A DNA stretch of 64,000 nt from Dehalococcoidia bacterium (GCA_963662435.1 OY759598.1:4067923-4131922); one strand, 5' to 3'. Shown: positions 15,622-26,180, counted from the first letter of the stretch. Notes: generated from the letters alone by a model not told the origin. Program-made: numbers and translations.

Positions 15622-18200
15622 TCGGCGCTCTCCTCGTTCTCAGTGTCTCGGTCGTCTTTCTCAACTGCTTTATCCCACTTCGAGCGACGCTTCTTGTTCC
15701 CTGATCCCGAAGGTTGTTCGGCGGCGCTCTCCTCCTTATCGGGCGCGGCCTCGGCGTCCCTCAGGGCCTTCATGCCGTCCTTGAACCTCTGGACGCGCTT
15801 CCTGCGCTCCTCGTCATCCTCTGCATCGGGGGTGTACTCGGCGGCGATCCGGCGGATGAGCTCCGCCGTATAGGGATTTCCGGAGTTGGGCTTTCTGACG
15901 GTCATGGAGAAGGCGGGCATACGCTCCGTTCCCACCGTCGCCCGCACGTAGCACTGGTGCACCGCAAGCGACGTCACGTCGTCCTCGGTCACGCGCTCCT
16001 TGCCGAGCTCCCAGACGAGGTGCCGGGCGTCCGAGGCGGCCACCTGGAAGACCGCAAGGCACCCGACGTTCGCGAGGATCGTGTCCCGCATCGTGGGGGA
16101 CAGGTCGTCGAGCTTTGCGAGGCTCTGGGTGGCGAGGATGAACGACGCGCCGAACTTGCCGAGCTCGCTGAGCATCGACTCGTAGTCCACGCCCGGCATC
16201 GACTGCATCTCATCGACTACCACCAGAGCTCCTCGTCGTTTCTCAGGCGGCACGTCGCCCTGCTCGCGGATCACGGCGTCCACGAGGTTCAGGAGCGACG
16301 CGCCTACGAGGGCTGCCACGTCCCTGCCCACGCTCCCCTGCGCGGTGGAGACGAAGAGTATCCCGCCGCCAAGGATGGTCTTGCGCAGGTCGATGGTGGA
16401 GCGCGACTGGCCGAGGATGGCCCTGGCCCTCTTGGACGAGGCGTAATAGGAGAGCCTCGTCTGCACCGGCGCGAGAGCCTCGGCCTTGTACTGGCGGTGC
16501 CAGTTCTTGAAATCCCTTTCCCACCACTCGATGAGATACGAATCGTTCAGCTTCTCCAACAGCTTGTTGCGGAACGGGTCGTTCGACAGGAGCTTCAGGC
16601 CGTCGAGGATGGTGTACTGCTCCTCTTCGTCCATGGACTCGTTGGCCTCATGGAGGGTCTTTACGGTCTGTTCGAGGATCGACTGCATCCTCGGCCCCCA
16701 CTGGTCCCAGAGCCCTCGCGCAACGCGCACCACAGAGTCGGCGGTGCGATCGCGGTCCGCGAAGACGCGGGTGTCGAGCAGGTTGATGCCGGGAGCGCCG
16801 GACCGGTCGGCGAGGTCGATGAGGCGGACCCCGTCCGCGAGGGAAAGGGGGACGTGTTCCAGCAGTCCGGACACGAGGTCGGCGTGGGGATCGACGACGA
16901 CGATGGCGTCGCCGTCCCTGCCCGCCGCCTTCTCGCGCAGCTTGTGCGCGACGATGTGCTGCATGAGCGTGGACTTGCCCATGCGTGTACGCGCGACGTA
17001 GAGGTGGTGCCTCCTGAGCAGGTCGCCGGGGAAATGGATTTCGCGTAGTGTTCCCGCAGAGGCATTGCCCACAAGGGCTCCTCCCTTCACGCCTCGGGCA
17101 GAGGGCAAGAGCGTCCTGGCTCCCGAACGTTCCACGAGGGGTGTCTCATCCCGCGCTCCCGGCGGGTGCCACAGGGAGGCGACCTCGCGGACTCCGAGGA
17201 TGCTACGCCCGCCGAAGAGTCCGGGGCCTGCGGGATGTAGGGAGACGGCGGGGTCGGCGGGCCTGACCTTGCCGGCGTCGAACCTCGCTCCTGCGGGGTT
17301 GTCGTAGTGGCGGTAGGCCGACGCCACCTGTTCGAGGAGTTCGCTCGCTCGTTTAAGCCGGTCTCCTGCGGGCAGGACGGCGACGATCTCGATCTCGGCG
17401 TCGAAGGCGATGCGCGAGACTTTTTCGCGTATCTGAATGGGGTCGTGGACGCGGGAGTGAGCTTTCTTCCAGCGATGCCAGGCCCAGCCTCCAACGGCAA
17501 GGGCTAAGGAGATTCCAGCGCCCATGAGAACGGCCTTCCAGGCCTCGCCGTCCCGCACCCACAGGTAGCCTTTGAGACCTACCATGACCGCCGCTCCGAG
17601 GACGGCCATCGTAACGCCGTCGGTGCGGTGGGCGCGGGCCTGTCCGGTGTACGACGACTCTTGCTTTTCCGGCACGGCGCGCCTGTGTCCCTTGTCCTGG
17701 TGGGCCTCCGCCCAGTCGGGGCCGAGGGAGCGGAGCAGCAGACGCGCCACGACGCGCTCGCCGTCCTTCAGGTCTGACAGGGCTCCCATCAGGGCGATGA
17801 GTGGATCGGAGCCGGGGTCGAGCAGGTCGTCGTCCCTGAAGACCCTGAGCGGCGCGTAGTCTGGCCCGTTCGACCGGAGGGACATGCTCCACGCCTGCTC
17901 ACCCTCGTCGAGACCCAGCGGGTCGTCCTCTTCGGAGACCACGTGAATGCGGGCCTGGGGATAGTGTGCGGACAGCTGGGCCCTGACGGCCTGCTCGTCG
18001 AGGCATCGGGCCATGAGGGTCACCCCGTCGGCGTCGCCCGCAAGCTCGAGGGAGAACGGCTCCGGCACGGCGATGGAGGCGAGCATGTTCTCGACGCCGA
18101 GGAGCGTTCGCTCCCCCGTGCGCGGAGGCGTGACCGCCAGAAGGACGGGTTCTTTTTCCTCGCCGTCGCCGAAGAGTCGTCTGATCAGGCTTTGTTTCAT
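15618..18200 (-). CDS. Type IV coupling protein (VirD4/TraG-like ATPase)
   Basis: Two TM segments, Walker A ARTRMGKST, VVDPH, Walker B LVVVDEMQ, LATQSL. Confidence 0.85.
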   Translation of the reverse strand: MKQSLIRRLFGDGEEKEPVLLAVTPPRTGERTLLGVENMLASIAVPEPFSLELAGDADGVTLMARCLDEQAVRAQLSAHYPQARIHVVSEEDDPLGLDEGEQAWSMSLRSNGPDYAPLRVFRDDDLLDPGSDPLIALMGALSDLKDGERVVARLLLRSLGPDWAEAHQDKGHRRAVPEKQESSYTGQARAHRTDGVTMAVLGAAVMVGLKGYLWVRDGEAWKAVLMGAGISLALAVGGWAWHRWKKAHSRVHDPIQIREKVSRIAFDAEIEIVAVLPAGDRLKRASELLEQVASAYRHYDNPAGARFDAGKVRPADPAVSLHPAGPGLFGGRSILGVREVASLWHPPGARDETPLVERSGARTLLPSARGVKGGALVGNASAGTLREIHFPGDLLRRHHLYVARTRMGKSTLMQHIVAHKLREKAAGRDGDAIVVVDPHADLVSGLLEHVPLSLADGVRLIDLADRSGAPGINLLDTRVFADRDRTADSVVRVARGLWDQWGPRMQSILEQTVKTLHEANESMDEEEQYTILDGLKLLSNDPFRNKLLEKLNDSYLIEWWERDFKNWHRQYKAEALAPVQTRLSYYASSKRARAILGQSRSTIDLRKTILGGGILFVSTAQGSVGRDVAALVGASLLNLVDAVIREQGDVPPEKRRGALVVVDEMQSMPGVDYESMLSELGKFGASFILATQSLAKLDDLSPTMRDTILANVGCLAVFQVAASDARHLVWELGKERVTEDDVTSLAVHQCYVRATVGTERMPAFSMTVRKPNSGNPYTAELIRRIAAEYTPDAEDDEERRKRVQRFKDGMKALRDAEAAPDKEESAAEQPSGSGNKKRRSKWDKAVEKDDRDTENEESAE

Positions 18201-18223
18201 GGTCTGGGTCCTTCCCTATACGG

Positions 18224-20500
18224 CTATCTGTGATAGCCGGGCCGCCACTCGATTACCGCCGTCTCTTCCGGGGTCGCCTCGATGCGTACCGGGAACTTTT
18301 GTCCACGTGCAATCAGGAGTCCGTCTCCGCGAGGGCAGGAGACAAGCCATCGCTGGAGGTCCTCCGGCAGGTCGAAGGCGTCTCCCACGGTGCTGATCGC
18401 CGCGGCATCCTGCTGGAGCAGGAGCTTGAAGGCGGCGTTCTGGAGGAGGGCGCGCCCACTGTGTCCCGTGATCGCTCTCGAAGAGTCCTCGGACAGAAGG
18501 TCCTGGACGTCCTGCGTGATGAACTGGAGACCCAGCCGGTGCTTGCGGGCCCGCTTGGCAACCGACACGAGGAAGGCAGCGCCCTCGGGGTGCTGCATGA
18601 TGCTCCACACCTCGTCTACGACCAGTAGGCGGGGCTTTGGGTCCTGCGCGGCGGCGGCCCACACCGTCTCGGTGCAGACCATCGCGGCTGCGGGCCGCAG
18701 TTCCGGTTCCAACAATCGCAGGTCGAAGACGGTGACGAGGGCCTCGTTGCCGAGGAGGTCGTCTCCCTCGTCGGAGAGCAGGTGTCTCAGGCTCCCGGTG
18801 GCGAATGGCCGGAGCAGCCTTGCCAGGGCCGGGTCTCCCGCCTCGTCCTCTTGAAGATATTTGTAGAAATCGAGGAAACCGGTTCTATCGCGGGGACGGG
18901 CGTAGTAGCCCGCAAGGGCGTGGTCGAGCGAAGCTCGCCGCTCGGCGGAAAGACGCTCACCCACCATCACCTCGATGAGGCGTCGCAGACTGCCGATGCG
19001 CTGGAGAAGCTCCTCGGAGTCTCCCTTGTCGATGACGAAGGGGTTCATGCCCTCTCCGGGAACTCCGGGAGACAGGACTCTGCCGCCCGCGGCGCGGGCC
19101 ATGTCCGCGTACTCTCCCTCCGGGTCGATCACGTAGGCGGTGACGCCGCGCGTCAGGCCTCTGAGCACGCCGAGCTTGGTCGAGAACGATTTGCCCGAGC
19201 CGGAGCGGGCCAATACCGCCGTGTTCGCGTTGAGGTGCGACCCGTCCCAGGGGTCGTAGACCACCGGGGAACAGGCGCGCATGTCGATGCCGTAGAGGGT
19301 GCCGCTCCGGGTGTCGAGGTCGGGCGGAGAAAAGGGAAAGAGCCGCGCAAGGCTGGAAGTGTCCAGCGTCCTCCACACCGCCACGGCGTTCAGTCCGAGT
19401 GGTAGCCCGGACAAGAAACCATCGCGCTGGCGGAAGGCGAGGTTGTCCAGCTTCCCGAGGGTGGCTGCGAAGTGACCCTTCGCCCGCTGGGTTATTTCTT
19501 TCAAGGAGTCCTCGTCTTGCGCGTGGAGGGTGACCGACAGGGATGCGTGAAACAGCCGTTCCCGTCCGCGCTGCACCTCGTCGCGCAGGCGCGTCACGTC
19601 CTCCAACGCGATCTCCGCCTCCGGGGACATCGTCCGCCCACGCTTGAGCGACAGGGACTGGGCCGACTCGAACTTGACCTTCTGCCACTCAAGGGTGCGG
19701 GCCGCCTGCTCGGGCGGTATCGGCCCGAGGTGAATGGACAGGTCCATCGGTGCTCCCGCCGCCATCAGCCCCTGCAGGAAGCCGGGAGCAAGTGACCGGG
19801 GCCACTTGCCGAGGTGCAGCGAGCGGACGAGAGTATCGCCGATATTCATATCACGACGGTTGACCTCGACCTCGATCTCTTCGTTCCCGTCGAACTCGGC
19901 TGGCGAGCCGCCCAGGGCCGTCGATACGAAGAACATTCGTAGCTGGCGGTCGCTCAGGGCGTGGACGGACAGTCCCGCTCGCGCAAGCAACCCGCGCAGT
20001 TCGTCGACGTGCCCGGACTCGCAGACGGCGTAGAAGCGCCGGTCGAGGATGCCGTCGCGGGACTCAAGGTCTCCGAGCAGACGCTGGAGCGACTCAGAGG
20101 CCGCTCTCGTCTGCGGGGGCAGTTCGGACGGCTGGGTCTCCTTGAGCCTGTCTCTCAGTGCGCCGAGGCGCGGCGGGTGCTGTCTGATCAGGAGCTGGAA
20201 GGGGAAGTCGCAGGCGTTGAGCGCCCCCGCGAAGGCTCCGAGCTTCGGCTCGTCGATCTCGACACCCATCACCTCGCACGCCGCCACCTTCACCCCGTCG
20301 AGCCGCACGATGGCGTCGTCCTCCATGTGCGAAACCATGAAGAAGGGCGACAACTCCGGAGGCGGCTTCGCCTCGGCGACCGGCTGTGAGGTAGACAATT
20401 CATTCTTCATGAACCGGCCAATGCCGAGCCGGAACGCGAGACCACGCAGTCTGTTAAGAACAGACGCCAGTCGTTCCTTCGATGTGGATGTCGGTTTCAA
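18224..20500 (-). CDS. VirB4-like conjugation ATPase
   Basis: ARSGSGKSF, VIDPEGEY, LLVVDEVW, RARKH..FITQ. Confidence 0.9.
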   Translation of the reverse strand: MKPTSTSKERLASVLNRLRGLAFRLGIGRFMKNELSTSQPVAEAKPPPELSPFFMVSHMEDDAIVRLDGVKVAACEVMGVEIDEPKLGAFAGALNACDFPFQLLIRQHPPRLGALRDRLKETQPSELPPQTRAASESLQRLLGDLESRDGILDRRFYAVCESGHVDELRGLLARAGLSVHALSDRQLRMFFVSTALGGSPAEFDGNEEIEVEVNRRDMNIGDTLVRSLHLGKWPRSLAPGFLQGLMAAGAPMDLSIHLGPIPPEQAARTLEWQKVKFESAQSLSLKRGRTMSPEAEIALEDVTRLRDEVQRGRERLFHASLSVTLHAQDEDSLKEITQRAKGHFAATLGKLDNLAFRQRDGFLSGLPLGLNAVAVWRTLDTSSLARLFPFSPPDLDTRSGTLYGIDMRACSPVVYDPWDGSHLNANTAVLARSGSGKSFSTKLGVLRGLTRGVTAYVIDPEGEYADMARAAGGRVLSPGVPGEGMNPFVIDKGDSEELLQRIGSLRRLIEVMVGERLSAERRASLDHALAGYYARPRDRTGFLDFYKYLQEDEAGDPALARLLRPFATGSLRHLLSDEGDDLLGNEALVTVFDLRLLEPELRPAAAMVCTETVWAAAAQDPKPRLLVVDEVWSIMQHPEGAAFLVSVAKRARKHRLGLQFITQDVQDLLSEDSSRAITGHSGRALLQNAAFKLLLQQDAAAISTVGDAFDLPEDLQRWLVSCPRGDGLLIARGQKFPVRIEATPEETAVIEWRPGYHR

Positions 20501-20519
20501 GTCTCTTTACTCCTCGGCT

Positions 20520-20843
20520 CTACGGGATGGGCACGATTCCGCCGCGCAGCGCGAGGGCCACGCCCTTGGCTGACAGCACGAGCACCAGCCCGACGACCGC
20601 TCCGATCACGGCGCGTTTCGCAGTGGCCGATCCGCGCTCGTCGCTCCCGTCCGCCATCAGCATGAACCCCGCCCACACGATGGCGAAGAACGACAGGCCG
20701 GACGCGGCGTAGGCCATCCCCGACAGCGCCTCGTCGAAGGCGTGAAGCATCTCAAGCTCAGCAGGCGAAGCCCCCAGTGAGACGAGCGCCGCGAGGACGG
20801 AGGCCGCCAGTGTCGTTAAACGCCTTACCACGGCCTCCCCCAT
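20520..20843 (-). CDS. TrbC/VirB2-like pilin
   Basis: Small protein with two hydrophobic helices separated by an AK loop, within the T4SS operon. Confidence 0.65.
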   Translation of the reverse strand: MGEAVVRRLTTLAASVLAALVSLGASPAELEMLHAFDEALSGMAYAASGLSFFAIVWAGFMLMADGSDERGSATAKRAVIGAVVGLVLVLSAKGVALALRGGIVPIP

Positions 20844-22807
20844 CCCCAGAGATCGAACAAAATATTCGCCTCCTCGTCGGTAAGGGGGCTCTGATCGGCT
20901 CTCTCCGGCTCCGGTTCGGGCTGCGGAGGAGTGAAGACCGCGTAGGGATCGTCGGACCCGACGCTCGCGTGCAGCGACAGCCTCTCCTGCCTGACCGGGG
21001 TCATCGGCTCGCGCTCGGCGACCTCCGCCTCGACCCGCTCCGGGTGCAAAATGGTCAAGGTCACGTCGCGGTAGACCGTCCTGCTCGGTATCGAAAGCGT
21101 GGCCGATACGACGTGCTGGGTCCGCGTCCCGTCGTCGTGCGTCACCGTCACCGTCTCGCTCACGGTCTCGGTCGTCCCAGGCCTCAGCAGTGTCACCGTC
21201 TCGGTGCGGTTCTCGGCCCTCTGCGGGCTGTGCGTGAGCGTCACGAGCGGGGGAATCGGGACGCTGAGGGCGGCCTCCATATCAACGCCGATGGTCACTG
21301 GGTGAATTGCCTCGCCGGTTGCGACCGGAAGGGAAAAGGTCGTTTCGCCGTCAGGCACGAACGGGACGCTCGCGTGCGACGCGCCGGACATGACGGCTAC
21401 CGTCCCAGCTACAGCAGTAACCTCGGCCTCCATCACCGCCGTTTCGGTGACGTTCTCGTGTCCCGCCACCGTCTGGAGCTCGACGAGTTCCTCGACGGCG
21501 ACCGCGCACTCGGACTCGACCGCTCCCTCGATGGCTCCGAGCGTCCAATCCAGGGAAGTGATACGTAGGTCGCATATCTCACCGCCGATCTCAGGCAGCG
21601 GAAAGGGGAGCTGCGCTCCCTCGATGGCGAACGCGCCCGCCTGTCCGATTCCGTCCTCCCAAGAGAAGGTGAGGGACGGGCGCTCGCCCGACAGGGGCAG
21701 AGAGTAGGAGATGGCCTCGCCCTCTGCGACGTTGGCGATGCCGAAGAAGCGCAACGCGCTGCCTCCCCTCCCACCGTAGGCTCGCACCCGCAGCTTCAGG
21801 TCGGTGGCCGCCCTGAGCGCGACGTCGGCTCGGTCATTCGATACGTGTAGGCCCTCGAAGTAGAGCCGACGTCCCGGCACGGGCTCGGCGGGTTCGTAGT
21901 CGATGTCGTCGAGCCAGTGCCCGTCCGCTTGCACCGTCTGCGGAGTCGCGATGGCGGCAATGGTGAGGGCGAGGAACGCCAGCACGACCCCCACGAGCTT
22001 TCGTTCCGGTCGCCGCTCCCTTGATCCGCGGCCCTTCCTTCGTCTCTTGCGGCGGCCCGATCTCTTGTATGGCGTGGTGGGTGCTGGAGCGCTCTGCTCT
22101 CGGGTCTTGGCGGGGAGAGCGGGGAGCTTCCGCTCGTCTTCCTTCTCCGTCTGCACGTCGGGGATATTTTGCGTACGCCGGAAGACCGGGGAAGACAGAC
22201 TGCCGACCACCTCATTGACTCTGGACCGCACCCCGCGAGAGACGTGATCGCGGGACTTTGCCCACCGCGCCCTGAGGGTTTTTCCCCCGTCGCCCAGACG
22301 CGCCACCAATGCGCCTTTCGTCGGTAAGGGCCTTCGGCCCTTGCCGAACCACATGTGAAGTCGGAAGGGCCGCCGTCCCCGGTTGCGACGCATCCCGGCC
22401 TGCCCGCGCCTCGCCATCAACCGCATCCTGCGAGAGCCACTCCCGGCTCTCCGGGCCACCATCGTCAGGGGGTTGGGAGCGTTCTCGGGAACAGGCGGCG
22501 GTTCGCTGCGCGTCAATCCGGAAACGGGACCGGCATAGAGCCTCCCCCCCAGCCGGTACCTGAGAAGGTCTGCGGCAACGAGCGGCAGGCTCCTGCCTCC
22601 AACCTTGCCCACGATCCCGGCGATTCCCACGACTCCGAAGACGACGGACAGCCCGATCCGTGCGCCCGTAGGTCCTACGGGCGCGTAGCTGTACGCGCCG
22701 TAGGACAACGCGCAGACCGCCGTGATCGCCACGATCTGCGGAAACGAGAACCACAGAAGAACCCTGTCCTCGGCCTGCACATGAGTCGGCACCTCGTGTT
22801 CTCTCAT
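20825..22807 (-). CDS. PrgI-like membrane domain fused to a large beta-rich exported domain
   Basis: HEVPTHVQAEDRVLLWFSFPQ followed by two TMs, a basic linker, a third TM and a Thr/Val-rich C-terminus. Confidence 0.6.
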   Translation of the reverse strand: MREHEVPTHVQAEDRVLLWFSFPQIVAITAVCALSYGAYSYAPVGPTGARIGLSVVFGVVGIAGIVGKVGGRSLPLVAADLLRYRLGGRLYAGPVSGLTRSEPPPVPENAPNPLTMVARRAGSGSRRMRLMARRGQAGMRRNRGRRPFRLHMWFGKGRRPLPTKGALVARLGDGGKTLRARWAKSRDHVSRGVRSRVNEVVGSLSSPVFRRTQNIPDVQTEKEDERKLPALPAKTREQSAPAPTTPYKRSGRRKRRRKGRGSRERRPERKLVGVVLAFLALTIAAIATPQTVQADGHWLDDIDYEPAEPVPGRRLYFEGLHVSNDRADVALRAATDLKLRVRAYGGRGGSALRFFGIANVAEGEAISYSLPLSGERPSLTFSWEDGIGQAGAFAIEGAQLPFPLPEIGGEICDLRITSLDWTLGAIEGAVESECAVAVEELVELQTVAGHENVTETAVMEAEVTAVAGTVAVMSGASHASVPFVPDGETTFSLPVATGEAIHPVTIGVDMEAALSVPIPPLVTLTHSPQRAENRTETVTLLRPGTTETVSETVTVTHDDGTRTQHVVSATLSIPSRTVYRDVTLTILHPERVEAEVAEREPMTPVRQERLSLHASVGSDDPYAVFTPPQPEPEPERADQSPLTDEEANILFDLWGWGRPW

Positions 22808-22830
22808 TCTTTTTTCTCCTTTCAGTCCGC

Positions 22831-23151
22831 TTAGCTGGTACTTTCACCTTCGCCGGCATCACCGCTCTCACCACCGGAATCTTCCTGCGTGGGCTGCGGC
22901 AGCTCGACCTCGACCGCCGGATCGACCACGGCGTTCATCACCAGCTCGATGACGCCGTAGGCCAGCATCGCAAGCACCACGCCCGCGATCGCTGTCATCA
23001 TGGCGCTCTTGCCCCGCTCCATCTGGTGCGGAGCTCCGCTCGCCGTCAGATAGAGGTAGGCCCCGTATACGAAAAACCCGACGCCCACTGCCCCGACCGC
23101 CCCTAGGAGCATGCCCACCAGGTTCGAAATCGTCTGCGTGATCTGTTCCAT
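22831..23151 (-). CDS. Second TrbC/VirB2-like pilin
   Basis: MEQITQTISNLV...GAYLYLTASGAPHQMERGKSAMMTAIAGVVL; GAGGAG RBS. Confidence 0.75.
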   Translation of the reverse strand: MEQITQTISNLVGMLLGAVGAVGVGFFVYGAYLYLTASGAPHQMERGKSAMMTAIAGVVLAMLAYGVIELVMNAVVDPAVEVELPQPTQEDSGGESGDAGEGESTS

Positions 23152-23228
23152 TTCGTTTTTCTTCTCCTCTCGATACCGGACGATGTTCTCGCCTGGACTT
23201 TCGGTCTCGTGCTGTTGGTCCCCTTGCG

Positions 23229-24206
23229 CTACTCGCCGCCGCTCCTCGGCGCTCCTGTACCGCCTCCTCCGGCTGACGGGGTAGCCATCGAGGCCGCCGA
23301 GTTGACCGTGCCCGCAACCGCCGAGACGCCCGCGGTCGCAGCCACCGCTCCAACCGCCATCCCACCCGGTCCCGCTGCCGCTCCTCCGGCGATCAGTCCG
23401 ACCGACTTCATCGACCGCATCATCGATCCCGGCAGAGACATGCCGAAGTAGAGCGTGCTCAGCCACGCGTCGAAGGTGCCCGCCTGTCCGAGCATCGACG
23501 GCACCCGCGTCGCCAGGTAGACGAACGCCAGCGACATCAGGAGCTTCCAGATCAGGTCCTGCACCGGCTCGAAGGCCGCAATCTCGGCGAACTGCTCCAG
23601 GAATCCGAATCCCAGCGCGAGAGCGATGAGCTGCACGGCCTGCTGGAAGACCGTCGTCATGAACATCCGCAGCCACTGCCTGCCCCAGCCCGCCGTGTGC
23701 GGCAATATCCAGAGGCCTAGCGCAATCGGCGCGAGGGCCAGTAGCAGGTCGATCAGCGCGAGGCGCACGATCATCTGCACCAGGACGTAGAGCACGAAGA
23801 ACCCGTAGACCAGGTAGAGCAGGGCCATGAGCTGCGCCATTCCGACGCTCCCAGACTCGACGGCCGTGAGCAGCGTTTGCAGCGGAGCCCTGAGCAGGTC
23901 GCCGGGGTTTACCTCGAGCGACTCCGCCACGAATCCCGACACCCCCGCCGCGACCTCGATCACCAGGGAGCACCACCATAGGGACGTGGCTGCCGCCACC
24001 AGCCCCAGCACGAGCCGGGGAAACATCTCACGCCATCCGGCGCTGCGGCCTCCCACGTGCTCGCTCATGATGAGACTCAGCCCCATCCAGCCGACGATCA
24101 CGACCAGCGCTCCGGACGTGACGGCCCACACGACCGTCCACGCCTGACGCACCAGTTCGTTGGCGTAGGTCAGATCCGCGGGAGTCCCGGTGAGGATGTC
24201 GCTCAT
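23229..24206 (-). CDS. VirB6/TrbL-like polytopic membrane protein
   Basis: Multiple TMs, LLALAPIALGLWILPHT..W..W, Gly/Ala-rich tail. Confidence 0.75.
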   Translation of the reverse strand: MSDILTGTPADLTYANELVRQAWTVVWAVTSGALVVIVGWMGLSLIMSEHVGGRSAGWREMFPRLVLGLVAAATSLWWCSLVIEVAAGVSGFVAESLEVNPGDLLRAPLQTLLTAVESGSVGMAQLMALLYLVYGFFVLYVLVQMIVRLALIDLLLALAPIALGLWILPHTAGWGRQWLRMFMTTVFQQAVQLIALALGFGFLEQFAEIAAFEPVQDLIWKLLMSLAFVYLATRVPSMLGQAGTFDAWLSTLYFGMSLPGSMMRSMKSVGLIAGGAAAGPGGMAVGAVAATAGVSAVAGTVNSAASMATPSAGGGGTGAPRSGGE

Positions 24207-24209
24207 GGC

Positions 24210-24815
24210 CTAGCCTCCCCGGCACTCGTCGGCGTTCGCGCCGCTCGCCTTCTCCACGACGCCGCACAGCGTCCCGTGCACTCCCTCGATCACCCAGCGG
24301 GCGAAGGCCCGCGCCCAGCGCGAGGGGTCGAAGGCTCCGATCACCCGGTCCCACAGGCCGGTCGGCTCGTGGGCCGGGATCACGACGTGGAAGCGGTCAG
24401 GCTCGCCGGGGGTCGTCTCCGCCGCCATCATGAAGAGCACGTAGACGCGCTCGGGGTCGAGCTCAGGCTGGTCGTCGTGGCCGGGGTACTCCCACGACCG
24501 CTCCCAGCCGTGGCTCAGCCTCTTCTCGCCTCCGTGCACCTGCGTGACGCCGGTGAGCCACTCGCCGGTGTCGGGGTCGCGAACGGCGTAGGCGAGGAAG
24601 GCCAGAGGCCGGTCGAACACCGGGCGGGCGACGAATCCACCCTCCTTGTTGCGCTCGACGAACCTCGCGCTCTCGTTGACCAGCGAGACGCCGGACCCCT
24701 GAGCCACGAGCGTTCCAACGGACGCGACGAACAGGAGCGTCGACAGAAGCAGCGACACGAGAAGAGGTGCAAGCCGCCTCGTGCGTCCGGTGGTTGTTCT
24801 CGATTGCAGCGCCAT
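24210..24815 (-). CDS. Exported hypothetical protein, first gene of the transfer operon
   Basis: N-terminal signal peptide-like segment. Confidence 0.6.
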   Translation of the reverse strand: MALQSRTTTGRTRRLAPLLVSLLLSTLLFVASVGTLVAQGSGVSLVNESARFVERNKEGGFVARPVFDRPLAFLAYAVRDPDTGEWLTGVTQVHGGEKRLSHGWERSWEYPGHDDQPELDPERVYVLFMMAAETTPGEPDRFHVVIPAHEPTGLWDRVIGAFDPSRWARAFARWVIEGVHGTLCGVVEKASGANADECRGG

Positions 24816-25099
24816 GTAGCGGCCTCCCTGCGTTCCGCGCCGTCTCCATCTGCCGACGCTCCGGCAAACGAGTGTGAACGATGAAATCTCCCGCCGTAAT
24901 GCCCTGTGAGGCGTACACGCGTGTACGCCCTACGAGGCATTCACCGGACGGGGTCTCCTGTGGTGTCATTACCGTGTACAGAGAATCGAGCTTTTTGTGA
25001 GAAGGCGTGATGGGACGGGAACGCGGCGGCGCAGGCGCGGAAGGCTTCCCCCTACAGGAAAAAGTGAACAGCCGGACTTGAGTCCCCGTTCCGGACGGG

Positions 25100-25197
25100 G
25101 GGTACATCGGGCGTAGCTGGAAAGTACATCTTGTACCCCTGCCCACGATGAGGGCGGGTACATTGGGCATACCTGGAAAGTGCATCTTGTACCCCTG
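25100..25197. repeat. Two 42-bp direct repeats (56-bp period), each bounded by inverted GGGTACA/TGTACCC
   Basis: GGGTACATCGGGCGTAGCTGGAAAGTACATCTTGTACCCCTG and GGGTACATTGGGCATACCTGGAAAGTGCATCTTGTACCCCTG. Confidence 0.85.
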
Positions 25198-25280
25198 AAA
25201 GAACGGGGCCTGGGCGCGAGAGCCGTAGCTGGAGGCTTCTCCCCGGTGGGACAAAAGAGCCGGAAACTCGGAGGAAAATC

Positions 25281-26081
25281 GTGCAAAAGAGCAGATACGT
25301 GGCAGACGTTCACCATCTGCGGCTCATGTCGCTACTCAATGAGTTGGTGAGGGAGAAGGGGAACAAGGGCGCGGCAAGAGTGTTGGGGATAGACCGAAGG
25401 ACCGTGGCTGCGAGCGTGAGGTCGGGAGTCCTGTCGGGCAGGGCGCGCGAGGCGCTGGAGCGAGTCCTGGTGGAAGGGAACGGCACGTCAGAGTCACGTG
25501 AGCGGCGGGACCATGAGGAGTTGCGCCGACGGCTGGAGGCGTTCGAGGAGGAGATGAGAGGAGCTGTCGAAGCGGTGCGGGGTGATGTCCAGACGCTGGG
25601 CAAGGAGCACGCTCGGACGACACGGCTGGTCGAGCGTCTGATCAGGCACGTGGGAGTTACAAGAGATGACGGGAGCGATGCGTTAGCCCCCGGCGGAGGC
25701 GGGCGACGTGGCACGGTGATCGAGTCAAGGCGAGAGCATCCCGAACTGGTGACCCGTGAGCCTGCCCAGGACGACGACGAGGTCTACGGCGATGCGTGGC
25801 CCCTGGTGAACGAGTGGCGGACGTTGGAGCTGCGGCGCGAGGTCGGCACGAAGCTCGACCGCGCAAGGACGAGGGAACGGATCATGGAGCTCGAGATTGC
25901 AATGATCGACGAGCAAGGCCTGACGCTGCCGCCAGCGAAATCACCGATGCACCTGTCGGAGAAGAGAGTCCATCTGGGTTGGCGGATGAAGACTCTGGAC
26001 GACTTGCGAAGGGAGCGAGGAAGGCTGGAGGTGCTGGGCCGCGTACGGCGTTTGCTGACCTTCGGACTGTGGAAGGAGTAG
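25281..26081 (+). CDS. HTH + coiled-coil hypothetical protein
   Basis: GAARVLGIDRRTV HTH; GGAGG RBS before the GTG start. Confidence 0.65.
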   Translation: MQKSRYVADVHHLRLMSLLNELVREKGNKGAARVLGIDRRTVAASVRSGVLSGRAREALERVLVEGNGTSESRERRDHEELRRRLEAFEEEMRGAVEAVRGDVQTLGKEHARTTRLVERLIRHVGVTRDDGSDALAPGGGGRRGTVIESRREHPELVTREPAQDDDEVYGDAWPLVNEWRTLELRREVGTKLDRARTRERIMELEIAMIDEQGLTLPPAKSPMHLSEKRVHLGWRMKTLDDLRRERGRLEVLGRVRRLLTFGLWKE

Positions 26082-26180
26082 CTGCAGTCTCTCAGTTTCG
26101 TATCTTCGAATAGTCCAAAGTAGGACTGTCTGGGCATCGGCGCATCGCTTAGTCCGATTCGTAGCCGAAAACGGTTGCGC

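Noticed and set aside
15714..17048. Long antisense ORFs (e.g. 444 aa here; also 47238-48545, 40918-42027, 26236-27150)
   Set aside because: Shadow frames of GC-rich genes with clear motifs on the opposite strand.
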